IMG/VR virus record: IMGVR_UViG_3300044858_003284
Source of the DNA: a virus
Length of the DNA stretch: 64,000 nucleotides
Strand: one strand, 5' to 3'
In this document: positions 49,541-59,739 of the stretch, piece by piece
Layout of the letters: each line of letters begins with the position of its first letter
Position numbering within the stretch: position 1 is the stretch's first letter
Program-made: the position numbers and the translations under genes
The notes under the pieces: model-generated
The model's database searches: none
The model's input: only the letters and a program-made list of their open reading frames with translations
What the model was told of the DNA's origin: nothing

Positions 49541-51509
49541 ATACTGGCCGCATGTTCTGCCGTTGAATTCTGAGTAGTGTTGGATCATCTATTCGAGTAG
49601 AAACTGTGGTCTCTACAGAAATATTACCACCGCCACCAGAACCGTTACCAATAGTTTGAGAGTTATCGATAACTGTTGTGCTCATAGAAGGTTTGGCTGC
49701 CATCTTAATTTCAGCATTCTTACTCATTGTAGATTCTAATCGTGTATCAGTACCACCACTAGAAGATACTGGTGTGACCATTGGTGCAGGTGCCGAAACT
49801 TTTGGTGTTGCTGATGTTGTTGGTGCGGCTGCAGGTGCCGTTTGATTTACTTTTGGAGTTTCTGTTGAAACGGGCTCTACAGGTTTATTATTTTCTTCTG
49901 GTGTGGCAGTAACCATAGGTTCCACATCAGCACTAGAATTTGCAATATGTTCAAATAGTTTTTCACTAATTGCTTTACCTGCCTTCTTACCACCAACATA
50001 ACCCAATGCTGCGCCAGTTGCACCACCTAAGAAAGCACCTATTGGGCCACCAACCGATCCAATCGTTGCGCCTATCGTTGCACCCATAGAAGTACCAGCA
50101 CCAGCGGCAATTATCTGTGCTGCACTTGATACCATAATCTCTCGTAATTGTTTATCATCTATCTTACCTTCTTCACGGTCAGCAATCGCCTGTTTCATTG
50201 TATCCATGAGTTCAAAAGCACCAGCAATACCACCAATGAAAGGTAGCTTAGCAAAATACTTTAATACACCTTTAGCACCTTTTAATATTTTCGATATCTT
50301 TGTTGCTTTTGGTTTTTCTTCAACCTTTTCTACCTTTGTGGTTTTCTTTTCTTCTTCGTATTTCTCTTTGCCTTTTTTGGTGGCCTTTTCTGCCGTCTTT
50401 TTAGTTTTTTCTTCGGTCTTTTTCTGTTCTTCTGGTTTCGGTTCAGCAGGTTTTTGTTCTGCTGGTTTAGGTTCAGCTGGCTTAGGCTCTGCTGGTTTTG
50501 GTTCAGCAGGCTTAGGTTCAGCTGGCTTTGGCTCAGCAGGTTTAGGCTCTGCTGGTGCAGTTGGAGTTCTAATGCCTCTTATTTTATCAAAAGCCTTTTT
50601 TAATCCTATTGCAGCTGCTATTTCACCTACAAACGTAAATAGTGGCCCAAGCAAAGACCATAATCCATTCCATATACTCGTTACAACTCCCAATAACATA
50701 TTTTTTGCTGATTCGATTAGACCTTTGATAAAGTCAATAATACCACCACCTTCTTGTTTTTTCTCTACAGCTTTTACAGTTACAAAAGATCCTAAAGATT
50801 TAATTGCTTCAATCAATTCTTTATTACGTTTTTCTTTTTCTTTCTCACGAATCTTTTTAAAACTCTTTTCTATTTGATATCTCTTTAAAGAATTAATCTG
50901 TTCAGCTTTTATCATGTTATACATGCGAGCCAATATGGTAGCAATACCATCACCTTTTTTCATAGACTGTGTATTACCTTCTGCAATAGAAGAATATAAA
51001 CCCACATCAGATTTGTTTAATTTTTCGTTAATGTATGCTGGTTTTTGTTTAGTTTCTTTTACTTTTTTACCAGAAAAATAACTAATATCTTCTTTACTTC
51101 TTCCTGTCATACCACCAAGTAAAGCAGAACCAAAACCACCAGTTAACATTCTGGCAATATTTAAAGGATCGAATTTTTCTTTTAATCCTAATGATCGTGC
51201 TTGAGATTTTTCTGATATACTGGAACGAATAGAAGAAAACACACCTTCTTGGCCTTCTATTATTTTTTCAGTAATTAAGTCTTTGAGAGATTTCTTTCTA
51301 ATCTTAGATGCCTGCTGATATGACATCTTTTTATCGGTCGATTCGATAGTGTCCTGCTGTTTTGGTTTACCTAGTTGGGACATCTCTTTCTTTGTAGCTG
51401 GTCGAATATAACTGCCAGTTTCAGCCAAAAGAAACCAATGGCCTTTCTTATTAAAGGCATTTGGATTCCACGAAAAAGTATCTTGACCTATTGTTTTTAT
51501 TGTAACCAT
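49539..51509 (-). CDS. Tape-measure/baseplate-hub-like tail protein with PAEPK repeats
   Basis: Downstream of gp26/51; Gly/Ala-rich hydrophobic segments. Confidence 0.6.
   Translation of the reverse strand: MVTIKTIGQDTFSWNPNAFNKKGHWFLLAETGSYIRPATKKEMSQLGKPKQQDTIESTDKKMSYQQASKIRKKSLKDLITEKIIEGQEGVFSSIRSSISEKSQARSLGLKEKFDPLNIARMLTGGFGSALLGGMTGRSKEDISYFSGKKVKETKQKPAYINEKLNKSDVGLYSSIAEGNTQSMKKGDGIATILARMYNMIKAEQINSLKRYQIEKSFKKIREKEKEKRNKELIEAIKSLGSFVTVKAVEKKQEGGGIIDFIKGLIESAKNMLLGVVTSIWNGLWSLLGPLFTFVGEIAAAIGLKKAFDKIRGIRTPTAPAEPKPAEPKPAEPKPAEPKPAEPKPAEPKPAEQKPAEPKPEEQKKTEEKTKKTAEKATKKGKEKYEEEKKTTKVEKVEEKPKATKISKILKGAKGVLKYFAKLPFIGGIAGAFELMDTMKQAIADREEGKIDDKQLREIMVSSAAQIIAAGAGTSMGATIGATIGSVGGPIGAFLGGATGAALGYVGGKKAGKAISEKLFEHIANSSADVEPMVTATPEENNKPVEPVSTETPKVNQTAPAAAPTTSATPKVSAPAPMVTPVSSSGGTDTRLESTMSKNAEIKMAAKPSMSTTVIDNSQTIGNGSGGGGNISVETTVSTRIDDPTLLRIQRQNMRPV
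50436..50555 (-). repeat. Eight 15-bp tandem coding repeats (PAEPK)
   Basis: Synonymously diverged repeat units. Confidence 0.9.
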
Positions 51510-51510
51510 T

Positions 51511-53193
51511 TTACATTGTAGCTAACATTGGAGAATCATCCATTACTGTGGTACTTATAATTTGTGGTTGTTGACCACCACCGGAATTAATGAATGTTTT
51601 TGTATTATTTACTGCAACATTTGTTACAGGCACCTGTTCTTTTAAATCTTTATTTTGTGTAGACATGGCATACACTGCGTCACCTGATGGTGCATTTGTA
51701 TACGCTTCAACTTTGGCCATCTGTTCAGCACCAAAACCCTTTGTCAAATCAACACTAGCACCAACCACGGCCTTAGTGACTTCTTTATTGGCCTCAGACT
51801 GACTCTTAAATGAGTTTACTTTATCACCTAATTTGTTCTTAACAAAGGCAGCAACAACTTTTGGTCCTATTTTTGAATCAAACACTAAGTCTGGATTGGA
51901 AACTAAATCAACACCAATTTGTTTACCAATTCTTTTGTAATTATCTTTACCTGTCAACATAATTAAACCACGGCCACGATATTTGAATCCGTCACCAGGT
52001 TCTTTATTACCTAATTCTTGGCCTTTTTCAGTTTGATAACCATAAACTGTTTCAAAGAATTTAGAATCATCTTTTTTGATTTCATTTAACTGTTCATCAG
52101 ATAGGTTTGCAACTCTACTGCCAAATATTTTACGAATTCTATCGTTTGAAGTTTTACCGTAACCAGTTTCATACTTTGCACCGAAACCAGATTCTTTACT
52201 GACGTTGCCTAAAATGGCTTTCTGTGCATATTCATTGGTTATACCAACTTCAGCCAATGCTGTTCCGATACCGGCGATCACTGCAGCTGTACCACCAATT
52301 GCTGCAGCACCTCCTGCGGAAGGTGTTGGAACTTTTGTTGCTACTGGTGCTTGTGGTTTAATTTCTGTTGGTATAGATGGTGTTTCTTTTGTTACTTTGG
52401 GTGTAACTGTTGTAGGTTTAACAATTTCTTTGGCTTTACTAATGGCAGATGATACAGCTGGAATTTCTTTAGCTTTAGTGATAACACGAGCTGCAACTGG
52501 TGCAGCTACAACTGCGGCAGTAACAACAGCGGCTTCTGTTTTAGGTTCTGCTGGCTTTGGTGTTGGTGGTGTGGTTACAGTAGGTTGTTCAATATTTAAA
52601 TCTTTTTTAGTTTTATCGATATCAATCTTTGTGGGCTTTTTATCTTTTAATTTTTTAATTTCAGCAATTAAATTATCGTGGCGTCTTTGATCTTCGGATT
52701 CTATTTCTTCTTCAAAGTTGTGTTCTAATTCTCTATTGAGATTTTCTTTCTCATAAAAGAATTTTATTGTATTGGCCAATTTGGCTGCCACGGTTGCAAC
52801 ATTGTCGCCTTTTTGTAGAGAACTTCTTTGACCTTCTCTGATATTGGTATAGAAAGCAGTTTCAACATTACCGACCTTTGTTTCTTGTGGCCGAGTAATA
52901 GAATATTCTTTATCACCTTTTTTTCGTCCTTTGTTTGCAAAGTATTGCATATCTTCAGGACTTCTACCAGTAATTTTACCCAATAGACCAACACCAAGAT
53001 TACCCGTAAACATTTTTGCTATGTTTAACGGGTCAAATTTCTCTTTTAGACCAGTTGTTCTGGCTTTAAAAGATTCTGATATACCACCACCAATCGATTG
53101 ACCAACACCTTGGCCTGAGGTTAGTCTATTGGTAATTGTACCTAAGACACCTCGTTTTCTTGTGGCAGCTGCTCTTTCGTAATTGCTTATCAT
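51511..53193 (-). CDS. Tape-measure-like tail protein with a GH19/lysozyme-like domain
   Basis: KESGF, DGFKYRGRGLIMLTGKDNY, DLVSNPDL. Confidence 0.7.
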   Translation of the reverse strand: MISNYERAAATRKRGVLGTITNRLTSGQGVGQSIGGGISESFKARTTGLKEKFDPLNIAKMFTGNLGVGLLGKITGRSPEDMQYFANKGRKKGDKEYSITRPQETKVGNVETAFYTNIREGQRSSLQKGDNVATVAAKLANTIKFFYEKENLNRELEHNFEEEIESEDQRRHDNLIAEIKKLKDKKPTKIDIDKTKKDLNIEQPTVTTPPTPKPAEPKTEAAVVTAAVVAAPVAARVITKAKEIPAVSSAISKAKEIVKPTTVTPKVTKETPSIPTEIKPQAPVATKVPTPSAGGAAAIGGTAAVIAGIGTALAEVGITNEYAQKAILGNVSKESGFGAKYETGYGKTSNDRIRKIFGSRVANLSDEQLNEIKKDDSKFFETVYGYQTEKGQELGNKEPGDGFKYRGRGLIMLTGKDNYKRIGKQIGVDLVSNPDLVFDSKIGPKVVAAFVKNKLGDKVNSFKSQSEANKEVTKAVVGASVDLTKGFGAEQMAKVEAYTNAPSGDAVYAMSTQNKDLKEQVPVTNVAVNNTKTFINSGGGQQPQIISTTVMDDSPMLATM

Positions 53194-53384
53194 TTACCTT
53201 GTCTTTGTTTTATCTTTTCGTTTTCTTCTTCAATAAATTGTATAAGCATATTAACGTAGATATCACGTTCCCAAGGTATCATATTTTCAAGTTCAGTTAA
53301 ACTATACTTGTGATGTTGCATCAAAGAAAAGTTTGTTTTATAATAATTTCTTAAATTGTCATGACGAAATGTTAACCGAAAAAA
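53190..53384 (-). CDS. 51: gp51-like baseplate hub assembly protein (not in ORF track); probably reached by -1 frameshift
   Basis: HDNLRNYYKTNFSLMQHHKYSLTELENMIPWERDIY; first ATG only at 53321. Confidence 0.8.
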   Translation of the reverse strand, partial: FFRLTFRHDNLRNYYKTNFSLMQHHKYSLTELENMIPWERDIYVNMLIQFIEEENEKIKQRQGK

Positions 53385-54097
53385 TTGTCTAACCCTTCCA
53401 CCTCTATCGTGTGGTTATAACCACACTTACTACAAGTAGTTTTAATAACTTTATTCATTGTTGGTAAGTTATTAAAAAAGTTTTCTATTTTTGCAAACTG
53501 ATCTTGATTCAGAGATTCGACAAACTCAATCATTTCTGTTGGATCGGTCTCTTTGGCATAGTAATATTGTTCACCGTCAAAGATATATTCGATACTCTCA
53601 ACAATCATTTGAAATGCCATATCGGTGGCACTATTAAATTTTGTTGCTCTTTCTAACAAAGAAAATTCTGGATATTTCAACTTGATTGCAATCGCATCAG
53701 TTAATTGAATAATATCTTTGGCATCTTCTTTGTATTCAACCTTAATATCTAAAAGATTAATAGATGTATCCATTAAATTACCACAAGGTTTTTCATTAAC
53801 TTCATTCTCACAACGATATTTGGTTTCAATTACTTCACCAACTGATCGTGCTCTGAGATTAATAAAATAAAACTCAACGTCAATAATTGGTAATGAATCA
53901 ATATCAACGTTTGGTGTCAATGTGCAATTATGTAAAACTTGCCGAATATTCTTTTCAATTGTTTCTTTATCATCCGACTCCATCGCCATCATTAGGTTTC
54001 TTTGTTCTTTTACAAGAAACGGTCTGAATCGAATGTGTTTCTTTGATAACGGTAAATCTACTTCATATACAGGCGAATCAATTTTTGGTAAAGCCAT
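53372..54097 (-). CDS. 26: Baseplate hub assembly chaperone gp26
   Basis: MALPKI..FRPFLVKE, LRARSVGE, C..CG, EGLDNFF. Confidence 0.9.
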   Translation of the reverse strand: MALPKIDSPVYEVDLPLSKKHIRFRPFLVKEQRNLMMAMESDDKETIEKNIRQVLHNCTLTPNVDIDSLPIIDVEFYFINLRARSVGEVIETKYRCENEVNEKPCGNLMDTSINLLDIKVEYKEDAKDIIQLTDAIAIKLKYPEFSLLERATKFNSATDMAFQMIVESIEYIFDGEQYYYAKETDPTEMIEFVESLNQDQFAKIENFFNNLPTMNKVIKTTCSKCGYNHTIEVEGLDNFFG

Positions 54098-54121
54098 TTT
54101 ATTATCACTCCTTAAAAATTA

Positions 54122-55000
54122 TTAATAACCGTCCCATTCTGAATATTGAAACGGACCACTTTCTTCATAATAATCTTGGCCTGATTCATACTCTAAAGGA
54201 AAAGGTTCTTCCACTAAATCATCTGAACCACCAAACCATGAGGATCCAGAATCATCGTAACCATCATAACCACTTCTACCTGTGTTGTCATTTCCAATTG
54301 TTGTAAAAGGATTATCTAAATCTGCTTCATCACCAAAAGTGCCTAATGAACCAATGCCACCTAAAGCAGCAGTGATTCTAGATATAACACTTAACAATAA
54401 TGATGTGCCTAATGCTTGAACAGAGTTATTCATCCAATACGAATAGGCAAACACAACGGTTAGTTTGTGGTGTCCATCAGCCGACCAATCTAAATCTAAT
54501 TGATTGACTGAAACTGGATAAGCATCTATCAATGTTACAGAATAACTTTTATCATTCTCTACATCATACTGATTAATTGTGATGTTTGAAACATAATCAG
54601 TTTTATATGTAAAGTTAAACGAATAGGTTGGGTTTATAAATTCTTGCCATGTGTCAAAGAATATTCTTTCATTCATATCATCACCAACAATGAATGTTAA
54701 CGCTACATCATTGTATGTTGGTTGATACGGAAACTTTTCAACGGGATTAGAACCTATTTTTCTATCTGCTGTAGCAAATGTTCTACTTGGCAATTCTGCG
54801 TTCTCACAGCGCATCTTTAATATTCTTGACATACCTCTAAAAGGTATCAATGTGATAGGTACAGGTATCTCCACATCAAATTTGTTTGGTCTTGCAACGT
54901 CAGTAACAAAACTTGATTTGAAATCGTTAATACTACCACTAGTGCCTGGTTCGTTACCAAAAAGGCCAATATTGCCAAATAGGTTATCGAAAATTGCCAT
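54122..55000 (-). CDS. Tail tube-like protein (gp54/gp19 family) with acidic tail
   Basis: ARPNKFDV, CENAELP, AYPVSV..LDW, VFAYSYW. Confidence 0.7.
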   Translation of the reverse strand: MAIFDNLFGNIGLFGNEPGTSGSINDFKSSFVTDVARPNKFDVEIPVPITLIPFRGMSRILKMRCENAELPSRTFATADRKIGSNPVEKFPYQPTYNDVALTFIVGDDMNERIFFDTWQEFINPTYSFNFTYKTDYVSNITINQYDVENDKSYSVTLIDAYPVSVNQLDLDWSADGHHKLTVVFAYSYWMNNSVQALGTSLLLSVISRITAALGGIGSLGTFGDEADLDNPFTTIGNDNTGRSGYDGYDDSGSSWFGGSDDLVEEPFPLEYESGQDYYEESGPFQYSEWDGY

Positions 55001-55011
55001 TTAAACTTTCC

Positions 55012-55605
55012 TTATTTCCTTATTTCGTCCAGTGATTCTTGCCAGACTGTGGCTGGCTGTGCTTTGGCAAACATATGAATAGGCAAATATGCCGCAACGT
55101 CCCATTCATTTGGCTGTATGGCAAGTAATTTTGACTGGATTTGACCATACAAATACTTTTTAAGACATGGCCGAAACTCTTTAAACCGCTTGGAGGCGCC
55201 AAGAATCTCATAGGTGACTCTCATCTTCTTAATATCGTCTTTCCTATCAAGGACAGCGAAATCCATCAGTTTTCCCAAAAATGCCAGTCTATACTGTAAT
55301 GGTAGGTAATGTAGGTTTAATCCTAAAATACCATCTGAATACTTCTCTAATACCAATACCAAAGGGAATTTATCATAATAAGGCAAATCTTTTTTACCGA
55401 TTGGACTATAATAAAAAAAGTATAGTCCACCTAGACCAAAGTTATTCTTTTGTCTAAAATCTTCACGGTTGATGGTTGATCGTATGGTTGCTGGATTTCC
55501 TAAATCAGAAATTTTAGATTTTAACCATTTTAACGAGTCTTTCGACATCGTTTGAATTTCATCAGCCGATTTTTGTTTTGCGAGTGTTGTAAGTTTAGAC
55601 GCCAT
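55012..55605 (-). CDS. 2: DNA end protector gp2
   Basis: LPYYDKFPLV, GLNLHYLP, CLKKYL. Confidence 0.9.
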   Translation of the reverse strand: MASKLTTLAKQKSADEIQTMSKDSLKWLKSKISDLGNPATIRSTINREDFRQKNNFGLGGLYFFYYSPIGKKDLPYYDKFPLVLVLEKYSDGILGLNLHYLPLQYRLAFLGKLMDFAVLDRKDDIKKMRVTYEILGASKRFKEFRPCLKKYLYGQIQSKLLAIQPNEWDVAAYLPIHMFAKAQPATVWQESLDEIRK

Positions 55606-55613
55606 TTGATTAT

Positions 55614-56051
55614 TTAGTTGATTCCCAGATGATCTTCAGTTAGAATCTTGAACTCCCAACCACGATCCAGGCAGAACTCAGTTGCGGCCTTCCATTTGGC
55701 TTGGTTAACTCCCCAAGTGGCTACCTCATTAATGTATTGTTTGGTGATTCTTTTTCTTTGTTCTGGTTTCTCAGTTTGCTTCTTTGGCTTCACTTCTAAT
55801 ATCATAGTTTTTACTAAACCATCACGGGTTTTAACTTTGACCAGAAAATCAGGAAAGTAACGGTGCCTTCTACCGTCTACGGGAGATATATAAGGAATAA
55901 TAAGTTCTTCAGAAGCCCAAGAAACAATGTTATCGTTTCTATCAAGCCAAGACATTACCTTACATTCCCATGAGGACCTGTAAATGATGTTATTTGCATC
56001 CCCAACATACTTTTGGGGGTTTTTAGGTGTAAATCGTCCAGAATATGCCAT
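55614..56051 (-). CDS. 4: Head completion nuclease gp4
   Basis: PKNPQKY.GD, YRSSWE, HRYFPDF, EVKP, NQAKW. Confidence 0.9.
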   Translation of the reverse strand: MAYSGRFTPKNPQKYVGDANNIIYRSSWECKVMSWLDRNDNIVSWASEELIIPYISPVDGRRHRYFPDFLVKVKTRDGLVKTMILEVKPKKQTEKPEQRKRITKQYINEVATWGVNQAKWKAATEFCLDRGWEFKILTEDHLGIN

Positions 56052-56084
56052 AAATAATATGTATAACTTTTTTTAGAGGAATCA

Positions 56085-57284
56085 ATGGCTATCTTATCCA
56101 TTCCAACATCTATAGCTGGTGTATCGATACCATCAGGTCTATTTAACCCAAATAGTCCACTAGCTTTGCTGTATGGAGGTCTTGGAGTTCAAACATATAA
56201 GTATCCTTCAGATTTAGCAACAAGTCCATCAAAATCTCATTACGTTCAGTTTTCTATATCAGAAATCATACCAGCACATTACGCTGGTGGTGGCCAAGTT
56301 CCTTTGAATGAAGAATTGATTGAAGGTGAATCTGTTGGTTTACCTGGATTTGGTGGCCTAGTGGGTGAAATAGAATCAATGAGTGGTGAACAAAGCACAT
56401 GGACAGAATCTAGCACAGGTCTTTATGAATTGACCGAGGAATCTGGTGGCGGTGGATTTTTCTCAGAAGTTATAACAAAAGGATTAAAAGTAACTCCTAC
56501 ACGGACTAAACCTAAAGCATTTGTATCTTTGTATATGCCAGATACAGTCAATGCACAATATAATTCAACATACGATGAATTAAGATTAACAGATTTAGGT
56601 TCTTCAATCAACACACTCAGAACACTTGACCAATTAGCTCAAAGACGGTCTCAAATTGGTGGTTCAGTTATGGATGCATACAATAGTGCTGGTGGCGGTG
56701 TATCTGGCATTATGAGTGGCCTAAAACAAGTAGGTAACATTGTATCTACTGATCCTGCTGCCATATCTTTAATCACTAAAGGTGTTCTTGGTCGTATTCC
56801 TGGTGTTAATGGTGGTGCTTTAGAAGATGTTATGTTAAAGGGCCAAGGATATGCAATCAATCCACAGTTACAAATGATCTATCGTGGTATTGGTCTAAGA
56901 AGTTTTCAATTGTCATTTGTGTTCACACCAAATTCACAAGGTGAAGCAAATGAAGTAAACTATATTGTTAATCTATTCAAGTATCACTTTGCACCAACAT
57001 TAATCTCCGCAAAAGAAGTTTCTTCAGATTCAATGTATTTGGTGCCGCCATCAATCTTTAATGTTGAGTTTATGATTGATGGTAAAGAAAATCCATTTCT
57101 ACCAAAATATGGAAATTGTGTATTAACAGACATTGATATTAATTTTGCACCAAATGGTTGGGCAGCTTACGATGACGGTGCGCCAATACAAACCACACTA
57201 ACCATGACATTTAAAGAAACAGAGATACTCGACAAACTCAAGATACAAAAGGGTTATTACGGTGTCGAAGGAGGTTTACGTTAA
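56085..57284 (+). CDS. 48: Baseplate tail-tube cap gp48
   Basis: SLYMP, NPQLQMIY.G..LRSFQ..F.F.P, TFKETE; CATAAATA at 56049. Confidence 0.8.
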   Translation: MAILSIPTSIAGVSIPSGLFNPNSPLALLYGGLGVQTYKYPSDLATSPSKSHYVQFSISEIIPAHYAGGGQVPLNEELIEGESVGLPGFGGLVGEIESMSGEQSTWTESSTGLYELTEESGGGGFFSEVITKGLKVTPTRTKPKAFVSLYMPDTVNAQYNSTYDELRLTDLGSSINTLRTLDQLAQRRSQIGGSVMDAYNSAGGGVSGIMSGLKQVGNIVSTDPAAISLITKGVLGRIPGVNGGALEDVMLKGQGYAINPQLQMIYRGIGLRSFQLSFVFTPNSQGEANEVNYIVNLFKYHFAPTLISAKEVSSDSMYLVPPSIFNVEFMIDGKENPFLPKYGNCVLTDIDINFAPNGWAAYDDGAPIQTTLTMTFKETEILDKLKIQKGYYGVEGGLR

Positions 57285-57916
57285 TGTTATATTTTGAAAA
57301 TTTTCCAAAAGTAGCATCGAGTGACTACAAGAACAATGCGGTATTGGCCACAAATTTAATGGCCAGAACAACGTTCATTCCGTCACTTTTAACCAATCCT
57401 TTATTATTTTATTCTTATGATATACAAGAAGGTGATACACCAGAGATTGTGGCCAGTAAATATTACGGAGATGTGAATAGGCATTGGTTAGTATTGTATG
57501 CCAATCAAATTATTGATCCACAATGGCAATGGCCTCTTACATCACAACAGTTAAAAATATATATTGAAGATAAGTATGCTGCCGAAGCAGAAGAAGCCGA
57601 AGTACCAAGCGTTATATCATATGCTCAACAAACAGTAAAGCATTATCAAAAAATATTTGGCACAAACAATAGTGAAGGTGGTAGGACTTCTAGAACAATG
57701 ATTATCGATAAAGAAGAATATGATTCATTGACACCAGAAACAATAACACAAAATTTTGCAAACGGTACTGTTGTTCAAAGAATTATATCGATAAAAGCTT
57801 TGAGTATCTATGATTATGAGGTTGAACTAAATGAAAGAAAAAGAAAAATATATTTGGTCAACAATATCTATGCCTCACAAATAGAAAACCAATTTAAAGA
57901 GTTGATGAGTCAATAA
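57284..57916 (+). CDS. 53: Baseplate wedge gp53
   Basis: YFENFP, LysM-like GDTPEIVA.KYYG, WPL, YDYE..LNE.KR. Confidence 0.85.
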   Translation: MLYFENFPKVASSDYKNNAVLATNLMARTTFIPSLLTNPLLFYSYDIQEGDTPEIVASKYYGDVNRHWLVLYANQIIDPQWQWPLTSQQLKIYIEDKYAAEAEEAEVPSVISYAQQTVKHYQKIFGTNNSEGGRTSRTMIIDKEEYDSLTPETITQNFANGTVVQRIISIKALSIYDYEVELNERKRKIYLVNNIYASQIENQFKELMSQ

Positions 57917-57919
57917 ACC

Positions 57920-59263
57920 ATGGCAGGTATTCTATATCCTAAGGACTATGCTCTAGTCAATTTGATGTTGGTCAATTCCGTGCAAAACATGGACTTGAAG
58001 AATATCATGGTTGAACTATCGTATCACGAAGATATATTCAACAATACTGCTTCAGGATATGTGATGGTTGCAGATTCTATGGGTTATATTGAGTTGTTGA
58101 GTATGAATGGTACAGAATTTCTGAGAATGACTTTTGCTAAAGTAAATGGTGTGGCGGAAGTTGATAAAACATTCCGTGTATACAAAGTTGATAAAAGAAA
58201 ACTTGAAAACAATATGTATACTGAATCGTATTGTTTATATTTTTGTTCAGAAGAAATGTTATTGTCTGAACAATATAAGATTTGTAAATCATATCCACAA
58301 TCTACCATATCTGAAAATGTATATGACATATTGAGTAATGAATTGGGTATACCTGATGATAAAATGGAAATAGATGAAACATATGGTGTATATGATTTCA
58401 ATATACCAACAATCAAACCATTTGATGCAATCAATTGGATGTCAAACTATGCTCGACCATCTTCAGGTGTACCTGGTGCTGACATGGTGTTTTTTGAAAA
58501 CAAATATGGTTTCAATTTTAAGTCGTTACAAAAGTTGATGACACAACCACCATATTATAATTACAGTTATAATCCAAAAAATACCGATGAGAAGAATATG
58601 CACAGTAATGTATATAATGTTACCACATACGAGATATTGAATTCATTCGATACATTACACGGAATTAATTCGGGAATATTTGCAAATCATTTGTTGTCGA
58701 TTGATGTATTAACACGAAGATTAAAAACAACAGAGTTTGATTATAAATCATATGACAAAAAATCAAAATCTTTGAACAGAGCACCTATTGTCAATGATTA
58801 TTCGAATCGATATGGTGACAGTTTAACAGATACATCGAGAGCTGTTTATAAATTAACATTCTCAAATTTTAATCAAAAAATTGTAGAATACATAGAAAAT
58901 AATGGTCGTGATCCTGAAGATGAAGAGGTTGAAGGTGGTACGGTAGAAGGATCAGCAACAGCTGCCGATATATTTGCTGAAACTTATATACCCCATAGAA
59001 CGGCACAATTGTCGTTGACCAATTATATTAGAATAAAGATATCGGTGCCTGGAGATCCAGCTTTGACAGTTGGCCAAACTTTAAACTTTTCTTTATTGTC
59101 TTTGACACCAGAATCTAAGAAAGCGGATTCTTACTACTCAGGCAAATATTTGATTACAGCAGTGCGTCATATGATTACTATGAATGAATATAAAACAGTA
59201 TTGGAACTGGCCAAAGATAGTGTACCTACAAAGTATGCTGCTTCGGCTGGATTTACAGGATAA
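57920..59263 (+). CDS. Baseplate hub protein (gp27-like)
   Basis: Lies between 53 and 5; PFDAINW, FFEN..GF.F.S, SGKYLITAVRH. Confidence 0.65.
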   Translation: MAGILYPKDYALVNLMLVNSVQNMDLKNIMVELSYHEDIFNNTASGYVMVADSMGYIELLSMNGTEFLRMTFAKVNGVAEVDKTFRVYKVDKRKLENNMYTESYCLYFCSEEMLLSEQYKICKSYPQSTISENVYDILSNELGIPDDKMEIDETYGVYDFNIPTIKPFDAINWMSNYARPSSGVPGADMVFFENKYGFNFKSLQKLMTQPPYYNYSYNPKNTDEKNMHSNVYNVTTYEILNSFDTLHGINSGIFANHLLSIDVLTRRLKTTEFDYKSYDKKSKSLNRAPIVNDYSNRYGDSLTDTSRAVYKLTFSNFNQKIVEYIENNGRDPEDEEVEGGTVEGSATAADIFAETYIPHRTAQLSLTNYIRIKISVPGDPALTVGQTLNFSLLSLTPESKKADSYYSGKYLITAVRHMITMNEYKTVLELAKDSVPTKYAASAGFTG

Positions 59264-59269
59264 AATGAG

Positions 59270-59728
59270 ATGTCAAAAACAGTTAATAATTTTGCTGGAT
59301 TAAATGGTTTTATTTGGTGGGTTGGTGCTGTAGAGAACCGAGTTGATCCTTTGGGACTAGGTCGTTGCCAAGTGAGGATATTTGGTTGGTATGGTAAAGA
59401 AATACCGACAAAGAATTTGCCTTGGGCTCAAGCAGTATATCCAATCAATCACTCAAAACATTTTTCAGCACCGATGTTAGGTGATTGGGTTCTAGGATTC
59501 TTTTTAGATGGTGAAAGTGGTCAAGCACCTTGTATGTTAGGTGTTATGCCGGGTATTTGGCAAGATCCAGATAGTTATAAGTTTGAACAATCTGAAGAAC
59601 CAGATATGACAGATACACAAAAAGAAGAATTTGCTGATCCAGAAGAATTAGAAGGAACAGATCCAAACAATAACGTAGATGCTTATAATGCAGAACCAAC
59701 AGATACACCTGAAGAACCAGAGGAATAA
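59270..59728 (+). CDS. 5: gp5 N-terminal OB-fold domain as a separate gene
   Basis: WWVGAVENRVDPLGLGRCQVRIFG, LPWA, GFFLDGE. Confidence 0.85.
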   Translation: MSKTVNNFAGLNGFIWWVGAVENRVDPLGLGRCQVRIFGWYGKEIPTKNLPWAQAVYPINHSKHFSAPMLGDWVLGFFLDGESGQAPCMLGVMPGIWQDPDSYKFEQSEEPDMTDTQKEEFADPEELEGTDPNNNVDAYNAEPTDTPEEPEE

Positions 59729-59739
59729 GAGGAGATAAA

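Noticed and set aside
50206-50877. 223-aa plus-strand ORF with GSAG repeats
   Set aside because: Antisense shadow of the PAEPK repeat gene; no RBS or independent signal. The same applies to most minus-strand ORFs over 1-49 kb and to 60174..60644.
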